From Octopus bimaculoides (taxonomy: Eukaryota), in NCBI RefSeq assembly GCF_001194135.2, contig NC_068986.1, positions 64,136,098-64,172,534 of the forward strand: a stretch of DNA of 36,437 nt, written 5' to 3'. How positions within the stretch are numbered: position 1 is the first letter of the stretch; each line of letters begins with the position of its first letter. The notes under the pieces are model-generated. The model saw only the letters and a program-made list of their open reading frames with translations, made no database searches and was not told where the DNA came from. The position numbers were made by a program, and so were the translations under genes. Below are positions 22,920 through 33,253 of the stretch, piece after piece.

Positions 22920-23883
22920 AGCACTTGTTTCATTTTTTTTAATTACTCAAAAACAATTATTTTATTTATCTGTCAGCAGTTAATGTATTCACAGTTTAAT
23001 ATTTGCTTTCGTTTCCGTTGATGTCTTGTATTTTGTCATGTATAGTATGCTGTGGCATATGTCATTGAGGTAACTCTAATTCTATAGCTGAATCTTAATG
23101 ATTCGTCTTCTCCAAACTCAATGCTGTAAACCAATAGAACCCTCATAAATTATACAGTACCCTCATGTTAACTCCTGACCAGTTCTGATTGACCATGCCT
23201 ATGATCAAATAGTGTTCCAATCATGGCTATTCTGTACGTTAGGAACTACAATATCTTTAAGTTGGTAGAGAATTATTTGAGGGATATTTCTTTATTATTA
23301 CTTGCAAGTTGAATAATTGTGTAGAGACTCCCTTTGCTTCACTTTGGTGCCAAATTAAAGCTAGGTTCATTGCACTAGCAAGAAATGAATATCTAACCTA
23401 TGGACACAGTTCATTGTCTGAAGAAATTTAAGTGGTTTAATAATTACCCTTTAAGAATTCAACCAGATTAAGACTAAGACTGTAACTGAATTGAATTTCA
23501 GTGTCAGATTTATGTTAGATTTGTGTGGTTGCTCTTTTTAATCATCAGCATCATCAATGTTTTGAAGTTTATTTTTAATGCTAACAAAAGTTCAGTAAGT
23601 TTATGTAGTTCTGTGTGTTTCAGTCAGACATCATCTTGTTAGTGAGGCCTAAACTTGTTAACTTTTCTTAATTTTCTAATAAAATTTTCCTTAGATCTGT
23701 ATCACCTGAGTCAAATCTGTTTAGCTTCTTAATACCAACTGCCTGAGATTACCCATCATCATAGGATCCATTTTTTTCCAATGCTTTCATGAGTCAGATG
23801 GAATTCTGTCAGATAGATTTTTTTGCTGCCAGATGCCCTTCTAATCACCATTTGCTTCTGAATAAGGTAATATTTCTCTATAG

Positions 23884-24100
23884 GAAGGCATTGAGCTGGC
23901 AGAATCATTACTGAGTTGAGCAAAATGCTTAGTGGCATTTTGACTGTCTTTAGATTCTGATTTCGAATTCTGCAGAAGTCAACTTCGCCTTTCATCATTT
24001 TGGGGCCAATAAAATAAATACCAGTTGAGCACTGGGGTTGATGTAATCAACTTACCCCCACCTTTGAAACTGCTGGCCTTGTGCCAAAATTTGAATCCAA
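23884..24100 (+). mobile_element. tRNA-derived SINE of a second family with a conserved central domain
   Basis: A-box-like gagctggcagaa and B-box-like gatttcgaattc, then gtcaacttcgcctttcatcattttggggccaataaaataaataccagttgagcactggggttgatgtaatc, which resembles central domains shared among SINE superfamilies (from recall). Confidence 0.7.
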
Positions 24101-24109
24101 TATTTCTCC

Positions 24110-24392
24110 ATAGCTAGACATGTAATCATAGAAACTTGGAAACAAAGAACACTGCTTGTATGACAGTGATGCTTGTTTATAGCTATCATGCGAAGTTAAG
24201 GCAGGGAGACAGTAACACATGCACACACACATACGATAGGATTCTTTCAGTTTGTCTTTATTAGAACCATTCACAAGGCTTTGACTGATCACAGGCTATA
24301 GCAGAAGACACTTGCCAAAGATATCACGCAGTGGGACTGAACCCAAAATGGTAGTTGAGAAGCAATTCCTCATCACATAACCACATCTGTGC
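24110..24392 (-). mobile_element. tRNA-derived SINE, same family as 13216-13385
   Basis: Reverse complement reads gcacagatgtggttatgtga...gggttcagtcccactgcgtga...ttggcaagtgtcttctgctatagcc. Confidence 0.78.
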
Positions 24393-24838
24393 ATACAGAT
24401 ATATATATATGTGTGTGTTTGATGTATATATGTGTGTCTGTGTTCTGTACTGATAAGAAGGCCATTAATAGTGTGGATGCAGCGAGAGAGAAAAAAGCAT
24501 GCAAGTAAATATATATATATATATATCACCCTCATTAAATGATGAAAATGATGATGACATTCTATTTATATATATATTACCAAATAAATTTTTTTTTTTT
24601 TTTGGTGTGTCTCAGTCTTACTGCATCCAATACTCTGGATTTGGGCAATTACAGCCTCTAAATTATTTTCAATTGAATTATGTATCCCAATTCTACAGTT
24701 GTACATTCAAAAATGCTCATCGCAATGAAATACCTGTTGAACACAAAATATGAACTACATGTGACGTCTACACTTGAGCACACACGCACACACACTCACA
24801 AACATGAATGTACGGTGCTACACATCCATACATGTATA

Positions 24839-24866
24839 TCTATATATATAAAAATGAGAATGTGTG

Positions 24867-24897
<31 letters not shown>

Positions 24898-26367
24898 GTG
24901 AATCCCTAAAACTCGAGAACTACGCAACCAATTTCATTCAAATTTTACACATGCCTTACTTAGGGTTCCAGTTGTGTTTTAGTAAAAAAAAATTATTAAC
25001 TTCTTGCAGAGTTCGAGCACACGGCAACATAATATCTCCTCCACTATTACGTGTCAAAAGTGAAACAAAAACACTCATGTCAAATACTTTCACTTTAAAA
25101 ATGAAACTATTCCACTAACTGAAACAATCACATTTCGATACTGTAGTGACAGATACTTTCACAGAGAGAGAAAGAGAAAGAGAGAGAGAGAGAGATGNNN
25201 NNNNNNNNNNNNNNNNNNNNNNNNNNNNNNNNNNNNNNNNNNNNNNNNNNNNNNNNNNNNNNNNNNNNNNNNNNNNNNNNNNNNNNNNNNNNNNNNNNNN
25301 NNNNNNNNNNNNNNNNNNNNNNNNNNNNNNNNNNNNNNNNNNNNNNNNNNNNNNNNNNNNNNNNNNNNNNNNNNNNNNNNNNNNNNNNNNNNNNNNNNNN
25401 NNNNNNNNNNNNNNNNNNNNNNNNNNNNNNNNNNNNNNNNNNNNNNNNNNNNNNNNNNNNNNNNNNNNNNNNNNNNNNNNNNNNNNNNNNNNNNNNNNNN
25501 NNNNNNNNNNNNNNNNNNNNNNNNNNNNNNNNNNNNNNNNNNNNNNNNNNNNNNNNNNNNNNNNNNNNNNNNNNNNNNNNNNNNNNNNNNNNNNNNNNNN
25601 NNNNNNNNNNNNNNNNNNNNNNNNNNNNNNNNNNNNNNNNNNNNNNNNNNNNNNNNNNNNNNNNNNNNNNNNNNNNNNNNNNNNNNNNNNNNNNNNNNNN
25701 NNNNNNNNNNNNNNNNNNNNNNNNNNNNNNNNNNNNNNNNNNNNNNNNNNNNNNNNNNNNNNNNNNNNNNNNNNNNNNNNNNNNNNNNNNNNNNNNNNNN
25801 NNNNNNNNNNNNNNNNNNNNNNNNNNNNNNNNNNNNNNNNNNNNNNNNNNNNNNNNNNNNNNNNNNNNNNNNNNNNNNNNNNNNNNNNNNNNNNNNNNNN
25901 NNNNNNNNNNNNNNNNNNNNNNNNNNNNNNNNNNNNNNNNNNNNNNNNNNNNNNNNNNNNNNNNNNNNNNNNNNNNNNNNNNNNNNNNNNNNNNNNNNNN
26001 NNNNNNNNNNNNNNNNNNNNNNNNNNNNNNNNNNNNNNNNNNNNNNNNNNNNNNNNNNNNNNNNNNNNNNNNNNNNNNNNNNNNNNNNNNNNAAAACCTA
26101 TTTGTATATGCTCCACAAGGGAAAACAAGGAACATAGTTTACAATGAGGTGTTATAATCACAACAGCAAGAAAGTATGTACATGATCACCTTCTTTTACG
26201 AAACTTCATTGACTTTCATATATTTATATTGATATACATATATATACGTGTGTTTGGGTGCGTGTGTGTATATACATCTCTATATATAAAGATGATGCGT
26301 AGTCTAGACGGCGTTTTTAGATTTCATTATTCTCTTTAACCCGGGCAACGCCGGGTATTTCTGCTAG
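24839..26367 (+). mobile_element. Helitron 1 (defective; spans a gap)
   Basis: 5' A|TCtatatatataaaaatgag at 24839. Helicase C-terminal codons NLFVYAPQGKTRNIVYNEVL* at 26095-26157. 3' hairpin acccgg-gcaacg-ccgggt (26339-26356), then CTAG|T (26364-26367). Confidence 0.88.
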
Positions 26368-27545
26368 TATACTTATAAATATATACATAAATTTACATCA
26401 CAATCTTGATCAAGATAATCATAATTCAATAAATATAATGTATGTATGTATGTGTATATGTGTCTATGTATGTATGTATGAATATATGTATGCATATAAA
26501 TGTATGTGTATATATGTATATACATCTATAATTCTGTCTTAGATTTAGCTGGCCGTAAACTTTTATTTCTCAATTCTATATCTCTACCATTCAATATTTA
26601 CTGTCTCTGTGTGACAGAAATCCCAAAATAATATCTCTCTATCTCCCTCGTGCTCTGGCCTAACCCTCTCTGCTTTACTCTGTCTCTCTCGATCCCACCC
26701 TCTCTCTCTCTCTCTTCTCCTTCCTCTTTCGATTAACCCCTTGCTTCGCCAGATCTATAAAACTAGCACGTGCACCCCAATTCCCCCACTTGACCTAAAT
26801 ACATTTGCAGCAATAGCTGTGGTGCACCCGAGAAGTAAGGTGGAGAGGAGGTTCCGCTAGGTAAAGAACACAGGTACAAGATTTTCTGGGCAAGGAACAC
26901 AGACGGGGTAGGGGGTGTGGGTATACTTCTTGCAGAGAAATGGGTGGATAAGGTAATTGAGGTAGCTAGAGTATGCGATAGAATACTTAAGATTAGATTA
27001 GTCCTTCACCATGGGTTAGCAACCATTATCTCGGCCTATGCCCCTCAGCCTAGGCTACCTGACAGACAGAAAGACCGATTTTATGACACCCTCTTGCAGA
27101 CTACCTCATCGACGAATGACAGGGACCTTCTCTTTGTGGCTGGTGACTTCAATGGTCATGTTGGACAACATTCAGGGGGCTTCCATGGCGTACATGGAGA
27201 CTATGGTTTGGTTCCCGCAATGAGGAGGGAACCAGGCTGATGGAGTTCCGTGATGCAAATGACCTTATGGTCTGCAATACTAACTTCAGGAAACCTGCCA
27301 GTCATCTAGTCACCTACCGTTCTGGCAGACACATTAGCCAAATTGACTACATCCTCGCCAGGAAAAGGGAAACATGGCTGCTTATAAATGCCAAAACCTT
27401 CCCAGGCGAAGAATGTACCCCACAACATAGACTAGTAGTTAGTGACTTCAGGATCAGGGCTAAGTGGTTGCCCAGATGACCAGCATGGAGGAGAAGGGTC
27501 TGGAAGCTCAAAGATCCTGCGAATGGACAGAGATTTAGAGACTTA

Positions 27546-30084
27546 CTAGCAGTATAATCTGATGTCTGGATGTAACTTATTACGCCATCTACAATAAATC
27601 TTGCTAGGTGAAAATCAACTAAAAAAGAAAGCCTTACAATGAAAAAACCCTTATGATGTAAATATGTTCATAATTCAAAAGACGAAATTAATAGGGAAAG
27701 TCTGAAGGCTGTTTTGAGTAACATTATTAAGTGTATGTAAATTTCTTCCGTCTAATTGGCTATACAAATGCTTGTGCAAAACAACTTTTTGCGCTGCCTT
27801 GATTACATAGCAGGGTAATTCCTTTTAGCAGGAGGTAGGACGGCAATTTGTGATGAAGCAATTGCTGGTGATCTGTTGCTACACAGTTCTGCCAGAATTC
27901 TATCAGATTGGGCAGTAGATGTTGATGCACCATTTTGCATTATATTCAAAGTAGCTTCTGGAATGTGGTGAATTGCTGCAGTCTGTTGCTGTCTTTTTAA
28001 ACCTGTTGCTTTCTTTCCCCAGCAAGCTCTCTTGTTTGGAGGCATAATCCATGTACATATTAAACAGAACAAAAAAAGTTATAACAGATGGCAGGGTCGG
28101 TAGTTTTCACATTTCGGTAATTTTTCAGATTAACACCCGCACGATTACGTAACCCTAACCTTGACCCTAAAACCGTAACACTAACGCTCATTGTAACCCT
28201 AAAAACCGTAACCCTAACACTAGTGAAAACCGTGCCGGTGTTAATCTGAAAAGTTACCCACATTTGTAATGAAGTTCACTGATTTGCAATGTGTTGTCCA
28301 TAAGCTCCGTAGTTTGTATATTTACAAAACATGAGTTATCTTGTAGTGAATGCTTGTGTGTACGTGCGCGTGTATGCGTTTGAGAGACCGAGAGAGGGGA
28401 GGAAAGGAATAGAGAACGGGAGCAATGAAGAAAGAGAGGAAGGGAGAACGGAAGACAGTTATAAAATAGCAATGCATGCGCATGTTTATATAAGAAACAC
28501 AGAAACTAAATCTTATATCTATAATGTTGATGTGTTTATGTGTATGTTGTCACAGATCACGTATGTGTGGTTGTGTGTGTTTTTACGTTTCTATGTTATG
28601 AAAAATATGTTAGAGGTAGAGGGATACAAGAAAGCTATTAAATGGGAGAGAAGAAGAACGAAGTGAGAGTGAAAACGTAGAAGGAAAGAATAGTCTTAAA
28701 GCAAGTTAATCTATGACTTTCTCTCTCTCTCCTTCTTTTACTCTTACTCTGTATATTATATGTTGAGCGCGTGGTCGATGTGTAAGAACGCCGGTACAGG
28801 TAGAAGGGAAGAAATATAAAAGTTGCTAGAAACAACAGCCAAATCTCCCTTAAATCACACAAAGTAAATGGAATTTTAAAAAATGTAATTACTGCACTGG
28901 AAAGTTCACATCAAGAAAATTCCATTGATGTAAAAATTTGTACAAAAAAGTGGAAGATGTGGATTTCTATAAACTTTTAAAAAGGCTTCACACAGATACA
29001 GAACTTCAGCATTATATATTAAGATGGGCAACACACACACACACACAGAGAAAATCTGCCTTTTATAGATAAGATTACTTGAAGCCTTTGACGAAATAGA
29101 GGGGGACATAGCTTCACACGATGTAGAAGACAACTGGAGGTTTCTANNNNNNNNNNNNNNNNNNNNNNNNNNNNNNNNNNNNNNNNNNNNNNNNNNNNNN
29201 NNNNNNNNNNNNNNNNNNNNNNNNNNNNNNNNNNNNNNNNNNNNNNNNNNNNNNNNNNNNNNNNNNNNNNNNNNNNNNNNNNNNNNNNNNNNNNNNNNNN
29301 NNNNNNNNNNNNNNNNNNNNNNNNNNNNNNNNNNNNNNNNNNNNNNNNNNNNNNNNNNNNNNNNNNNNNNNNNNNNNNNNNNNNNNNNNNNNNNNNNNNN
29401 NNNNNNNNNNNNNNNNNNNNNNNNNNNNNNNNNNNNNNNNNNNNNNNNNNNNNNNNNNNNNNNNNNNNNNNNNNNNNNNNNNNNNNNNNNNNNNNNNNNN
29501 NNNNNNNNNNNNNNNNNNNNNNNNNNNNNNNNNNNNNNNNNNNNNNNNNNNNNNNNNNNNNNNNNNNNNNNNNNNNNNNNNNNNNNNNNNNNNNNNNNNN
29601 NNNNNNNNNNNNNNNNNNNNNNNNNNNNNNNNNNNNNNNNNNNNNNNNNNNNNNNNNNNNNNNNNNNNNNNNNNNNNNNNNNNNNNNNNNNNNNNNNNNN
29701 NNNNNNNNNNNNNNNNNNNNNNNNNNNNNNNNNNNTATATATATGGGCAACACACACACACACACTAAATTAAAAAATGTTAGTAAGTAAAAGTGTTTTA
29801 AAAAAGATTGTTAAATTTTCAGATTAATACCCGCACGATTTTCACTACATTGTTAGAGTTAATAGATTTTATTAGGGGGGAAAATGTTTATTTGTGTAGT
29901 TTTATGGATTTTATTCGTTATTAGGAGTTATTTTGACTGAAAAAATGACGCAGTAACCTAACTAATTGTATTTAGAATATTAATTCTGATTCTTTAATCC
30001 AAGAAATTTGGAATTGTGTAAATGTATGAATTTTAAACATACACACACACACACACAGAGAAAATCTGCCTTTTATAGATAAGA
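27546..30084 (-). mobile_element. Helitron 2 (non-autonomous) inserted in the RTE LINE
   Basis: Plus-strand junctions gacttA|CTAG (27546) and ataaGA|Ttacttgaagcc (30084; duplicated at 29074) equal minus-strand A|TC...CTAG|T. Removal restores gac tta tta ctt gaa gcc (DLLLEA). The sense-strand ORF MPPNKRACWGKK resembles the RepHel N-terminus. Confidence 0.85.
28116..28258. mobile_element. 143-bp MITE with 28-bp TIRs, a degenerate (CCCTAA)n core and a probable 8-bp TSD
   Basis: Left ggtaatttttcagattaacacccgcacg; right cgtgccggtgttaatctgaaaagttacc. Flanks cacatttc (28108-28115) / cacatttg (28259-28266). A partial second copy lies near 29812-29850. Confidence 0.85.
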
Positions 30085-32569
30085 TTACTTGAAGCCTTTG
30101 ACGAAATAGAGGGGGACATAGCTTCACACGATGTAGAAGACAACTGGAGGTTTCTACGGGACAACCTACTCAGGGCCACTGACCAGATCTGTGAATGGTG
30201 CAAAGTCCTCTCTTGACCAAAAATAACGTGGTGGTGGAACAATGTTGTTGACATGGCTACTAGACAAAAGAAACAGGCTTGGAAGAACGGAATTGTATCA
30301 GACTGCCAGAAGAGAGGCTAGGCCAGACGGGAAGCGGATGAGAAAAAAATTGCCAATGTTCTGTGCCATGAGGACCAAAGACTTGAGGTATTTCGTGTTG
30401 CAAGACAGTGTGTGAGAGAGAATCGTGATGTCGTGGGAGAGAAATGTGTTCACATAGATGATGGTACACTTGCACTAAATGAGGCTGCAAAGAAAGAGGT
30501 TTGGAGACGCCACTACAAAAGATTACTCAATAAAGAGAATGAATGGGAGAAAGAGAGTCTGCCGTATGTCGACATAACAGAGGGACCAGCTATCCGAGTT
30601 GACAGTACCATGGTAGTTAAAGCAATTAAGAGTATGAAGACAGGGAAAGCCCTGGGCCCATCAGGAATCACTGCAGAGATGCTCAAAATATCTGGCAGTG
30701 TCGGCTATAGCCTAGTCACCCGTATTGTTAACCAGGTGATACACGAAAGAGTCATACCCAATGACTGGTGTAGCAGCACCATAGTCAACTGCTACAAAGG
30801 TAAAGGTGACATTTCAGTTACAAATAATTACAGAGGTATCAAGTTGTTAGATCAGGTAATGAAAGTCACGGAGAGGGTCATAGCCCAACTAATTAGGGAG
30901 CGAGTCAGTTTAGATGAGATGCAGTTTGGGTTCGTGCCATGGAAAAGCACCACTGATGNNNNNNNNNNNNNNNNNNNNNNNNNNNNNNNNNNNNNNNNNN
31001 NNNNNNNNNNNNNNNNNNNNNNNNNNNNNNNNNNNNNNNNNNNNNNNNNNNNNNNNNNNNNNNNNNNNNNNNNNNNNNNNNNNNNNNNNNNNNNNNNNNN
31101 NNNNNNNNNNNNNNNNNNNNNNNNNNNNNNNNNNNNNNNNNNNNNNNNNNNNNNNNNNNNNNNNNNNNNNNNNNNNNNNNNNNNNNNNNNNNNNNNNNNN
31201 NNNNNNNNNNNNNNNNNNNNNNNNNNNNNNNNNNNNNNNNNNNNNNNNNNNNNNNNNNNNNNNNNNNNNNNNNNNNNNNNNNNNNNNNNNNNNNNNNNNN
31301 NNNNNNNNNNNNNNNNNNNNNNNNNNNNNNNNNNNNNNNNNNNNNNNNNNNNNNNNNNNNNNNNNNNNNNNNNNNNNNNNNNNNNNNNNNNNNNNNNNNN
31401 NNNNNNNNNNNNNNNNNNNNNNNNNNNNNNNNNNNNNNNNNNNNNNNNNNNNNNNNNNNNNNNNNNNNNNNNNNNNNNNNNNNNNNNNNNNNNNNNNNNN
31501 NNNNNNNNNNNNNNNNNNNNNNNNNNNNNNNNNNNNNNNNNNNNNNNNNNNNNNNNNNNNNNNNNNNNNNNNNNNNNNNNNNNNNNNNNNNNNNNNNNNN
31601 NNNNNNNNNNNNNNNNNNNNNNNNNNNNNNNNNNNNNNNNNNNNNNNNNNNNNNNNNNNNNNNNNNNNNNNNNNNNNNNNNNNNNNNNNNNNNNNNNNNN
31701 NNNNNNNNNNNNNNNNNNNNNNNNNNNNNNNNNNNNNNNNNNNNNNNNNNNNNNNNNNNNNNNNNNNNNNNNNNNNNNNNNNNNNNNNNNNNNNNNNNNN
31801 NNNNNNNNNNNNNNNNNNNNNNNNNNNNNNNNNNNNNNNNNNNNNNNNNNNNNNNNNNNNNNNNNNNNNNNNNNNNNNNNNNNNNNNNNNNNNNNNNNNN
31901 NNNNNNNNNNNNNNNNNNNNNNNNNNNNNNNNNNNNNNNNNNNNNNNNNNGAAGACCTGTTGAGGCAAGTAAATTTGAAATCGAAATCGAACCAAATTCG
32001 ACGACTGGCACCCATGCCAACCTCTCCTTCATTGGACACTAAACTCTGCTTACGAAGACCTGTTGGGGCAAGTGAAATCGAAATAGTAATTGAACCATAT
32101 TCGATGACTGGCACCTGTGCCAGTGGAGCACTAACAGCACTGTCCGAGCATGATCATTGCTAGAGCAGCTGTCTGGCTTCCGTGCTAGTGGCCCGTAAAT
32201 AGCACCATTTGAGCGTGATCGTTACTAGCGTTGCCTTATTGGCACTTGTGCCAGTGGCACGTTAGAAAATCATTCGAGTGAGGTCGTTGCCAGTGTCGCT
32301 GGACTGGCTCCTGTGCAGGTGGCATGTAAAAAACACCATTTTGCGCGTGGCTGTTGCCTGTACCGTGTGACTGGCCCCTGTGCCGGTTGCACGTAAAAGC
32401 ACCCACTACACTCTTGGAGTGGTTGGCGTTAGGAAGGGCATCAAGCTGTAGAAACTCTGCCAAATCAGATTGGAGCCTGGTGCAGTCATCCGGTTCACCA
32501 GTCCTCAGTCAAATCGTCCAACCCATACTAGCATGGAAAGTGGATGTTAAACGATGATGATGATGATGA

Positions 32570-33150
32570 TACAAATACCTGTCAGTCTTTCCCAAATATG
32601 ATCAACAGTCAAACACTTCTTCACTACAAACTGTGAGTTTCTTGAAAATCTTTCTTAAAACACATTTACTTACTACCAAATGTATATATACACTCAATAC
32701 ACATTAATACATACATACATACATACAAACATACATACAAATACACACATACATAAATGCAATTGACAAACTTGTATTCCCTACAAACTGAGTTTTTGGA
32801 AAATTTTTTCTCACACATTTACTTACTACCATATATACACACACACAGAATACACACTCATACATACATACGTACAAATACACACTCATACATGCATACG
32901 TACAAATACACACATACATACAAATAAACACATACATACAAATAAACATACATACAAATACCTGTCAGTCTTTTCCAAATATGATCGACAGTTAAACATT
33001 TATTCCCTACAAAGTGTGAGTTTCCTGAAAATCATTTTTAAAACACATTTACTTACTTACATATATATACACACAGAATACACACTAATACATACATACA
33101 TACAAATACACACATACACAGAAATACATACATACTAATACCTGTCAGTT
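32570..33150. repeat. Tandem repeat, ~190-bp period, three units plus the start of a fourth, with (TACA/CA)n spacers
   Basis: aatacctgtcag at ~32574, 32956 and 33138; ctacaaa.tg.gagttt...gaaaat...acacatttacttact at ~32632, 32781 and 33007. Confidence 0.75.
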
Positions 33151-33253
33151 TATTTATTTATTTGCTCTTTCTTATCACCTCTTCCCCCTTCAATTTTACG
33201 CATACTTTCCAAGACAATTTCTCTGAACTTTCACCCTTTCTTTCAGACATTCA

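Larger units (their letters stand above)
26822..32568 (+). mobile_element. Near-complete inactive RTE-clade LINE, interrupted by Helitron 2 and containing two gaps
   Basis: Endonuclease (EVRWRG, GVGILL, ISAYAPQ, GDFNGHVG, IDYILAR, QHRLVVSDF) at 26822-27545. Linker and RT start (WWWNN, NYRGIKLLDQVMKVTERVI, QFGFVP...STTD) at 30085-30958. Repetitive 3' UTR and (GAT)n tail at 31951-32568. Frameshift near 27210 and several stops. Confidence 0.9.

Noticed and set aside
23695-23866. Segment with a strong plus-strand acceptor and donor (ccttag|...aag|gtaat), overlapping a minus-strand terminal-exon candidate
   Set aside because: Stops occur in all three plus frames, and the minus candidate is not phase-compatible with the nearest candidate exon. 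There is no supporting homology.
28145-28222. Telomere or chromosome-fusion scar
   Set aside because: The CCCTAA-like tract is short, degenerate and enclosed by TIRs and a TSD, so it belongs to a MITE.
530-32163. Long ORFs in the track that contain X runs (e.g. 530-943, 3619-4113, 25115-26161, 30412-32163)
   Set aside because: Artefacts of translating N gaps. Only the flanking RTE RT (30412-30958) and Helitron (26095-26157) peptides are meaningful.
31951-32400. Repeat-spacer-like periodicity suggestive of a CRISPR array
   Set aside because: Eukaryotic context, degenerate units without unique spacers, no cas genes, and it is the 3' UTR of a LINE.
7-33150. Many short ORFs rich in YI/CV/HT dipeptides
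   Set aside because: Produced by (TA)n, (TG)n and (CA)n microsatellites that lack stop codons.
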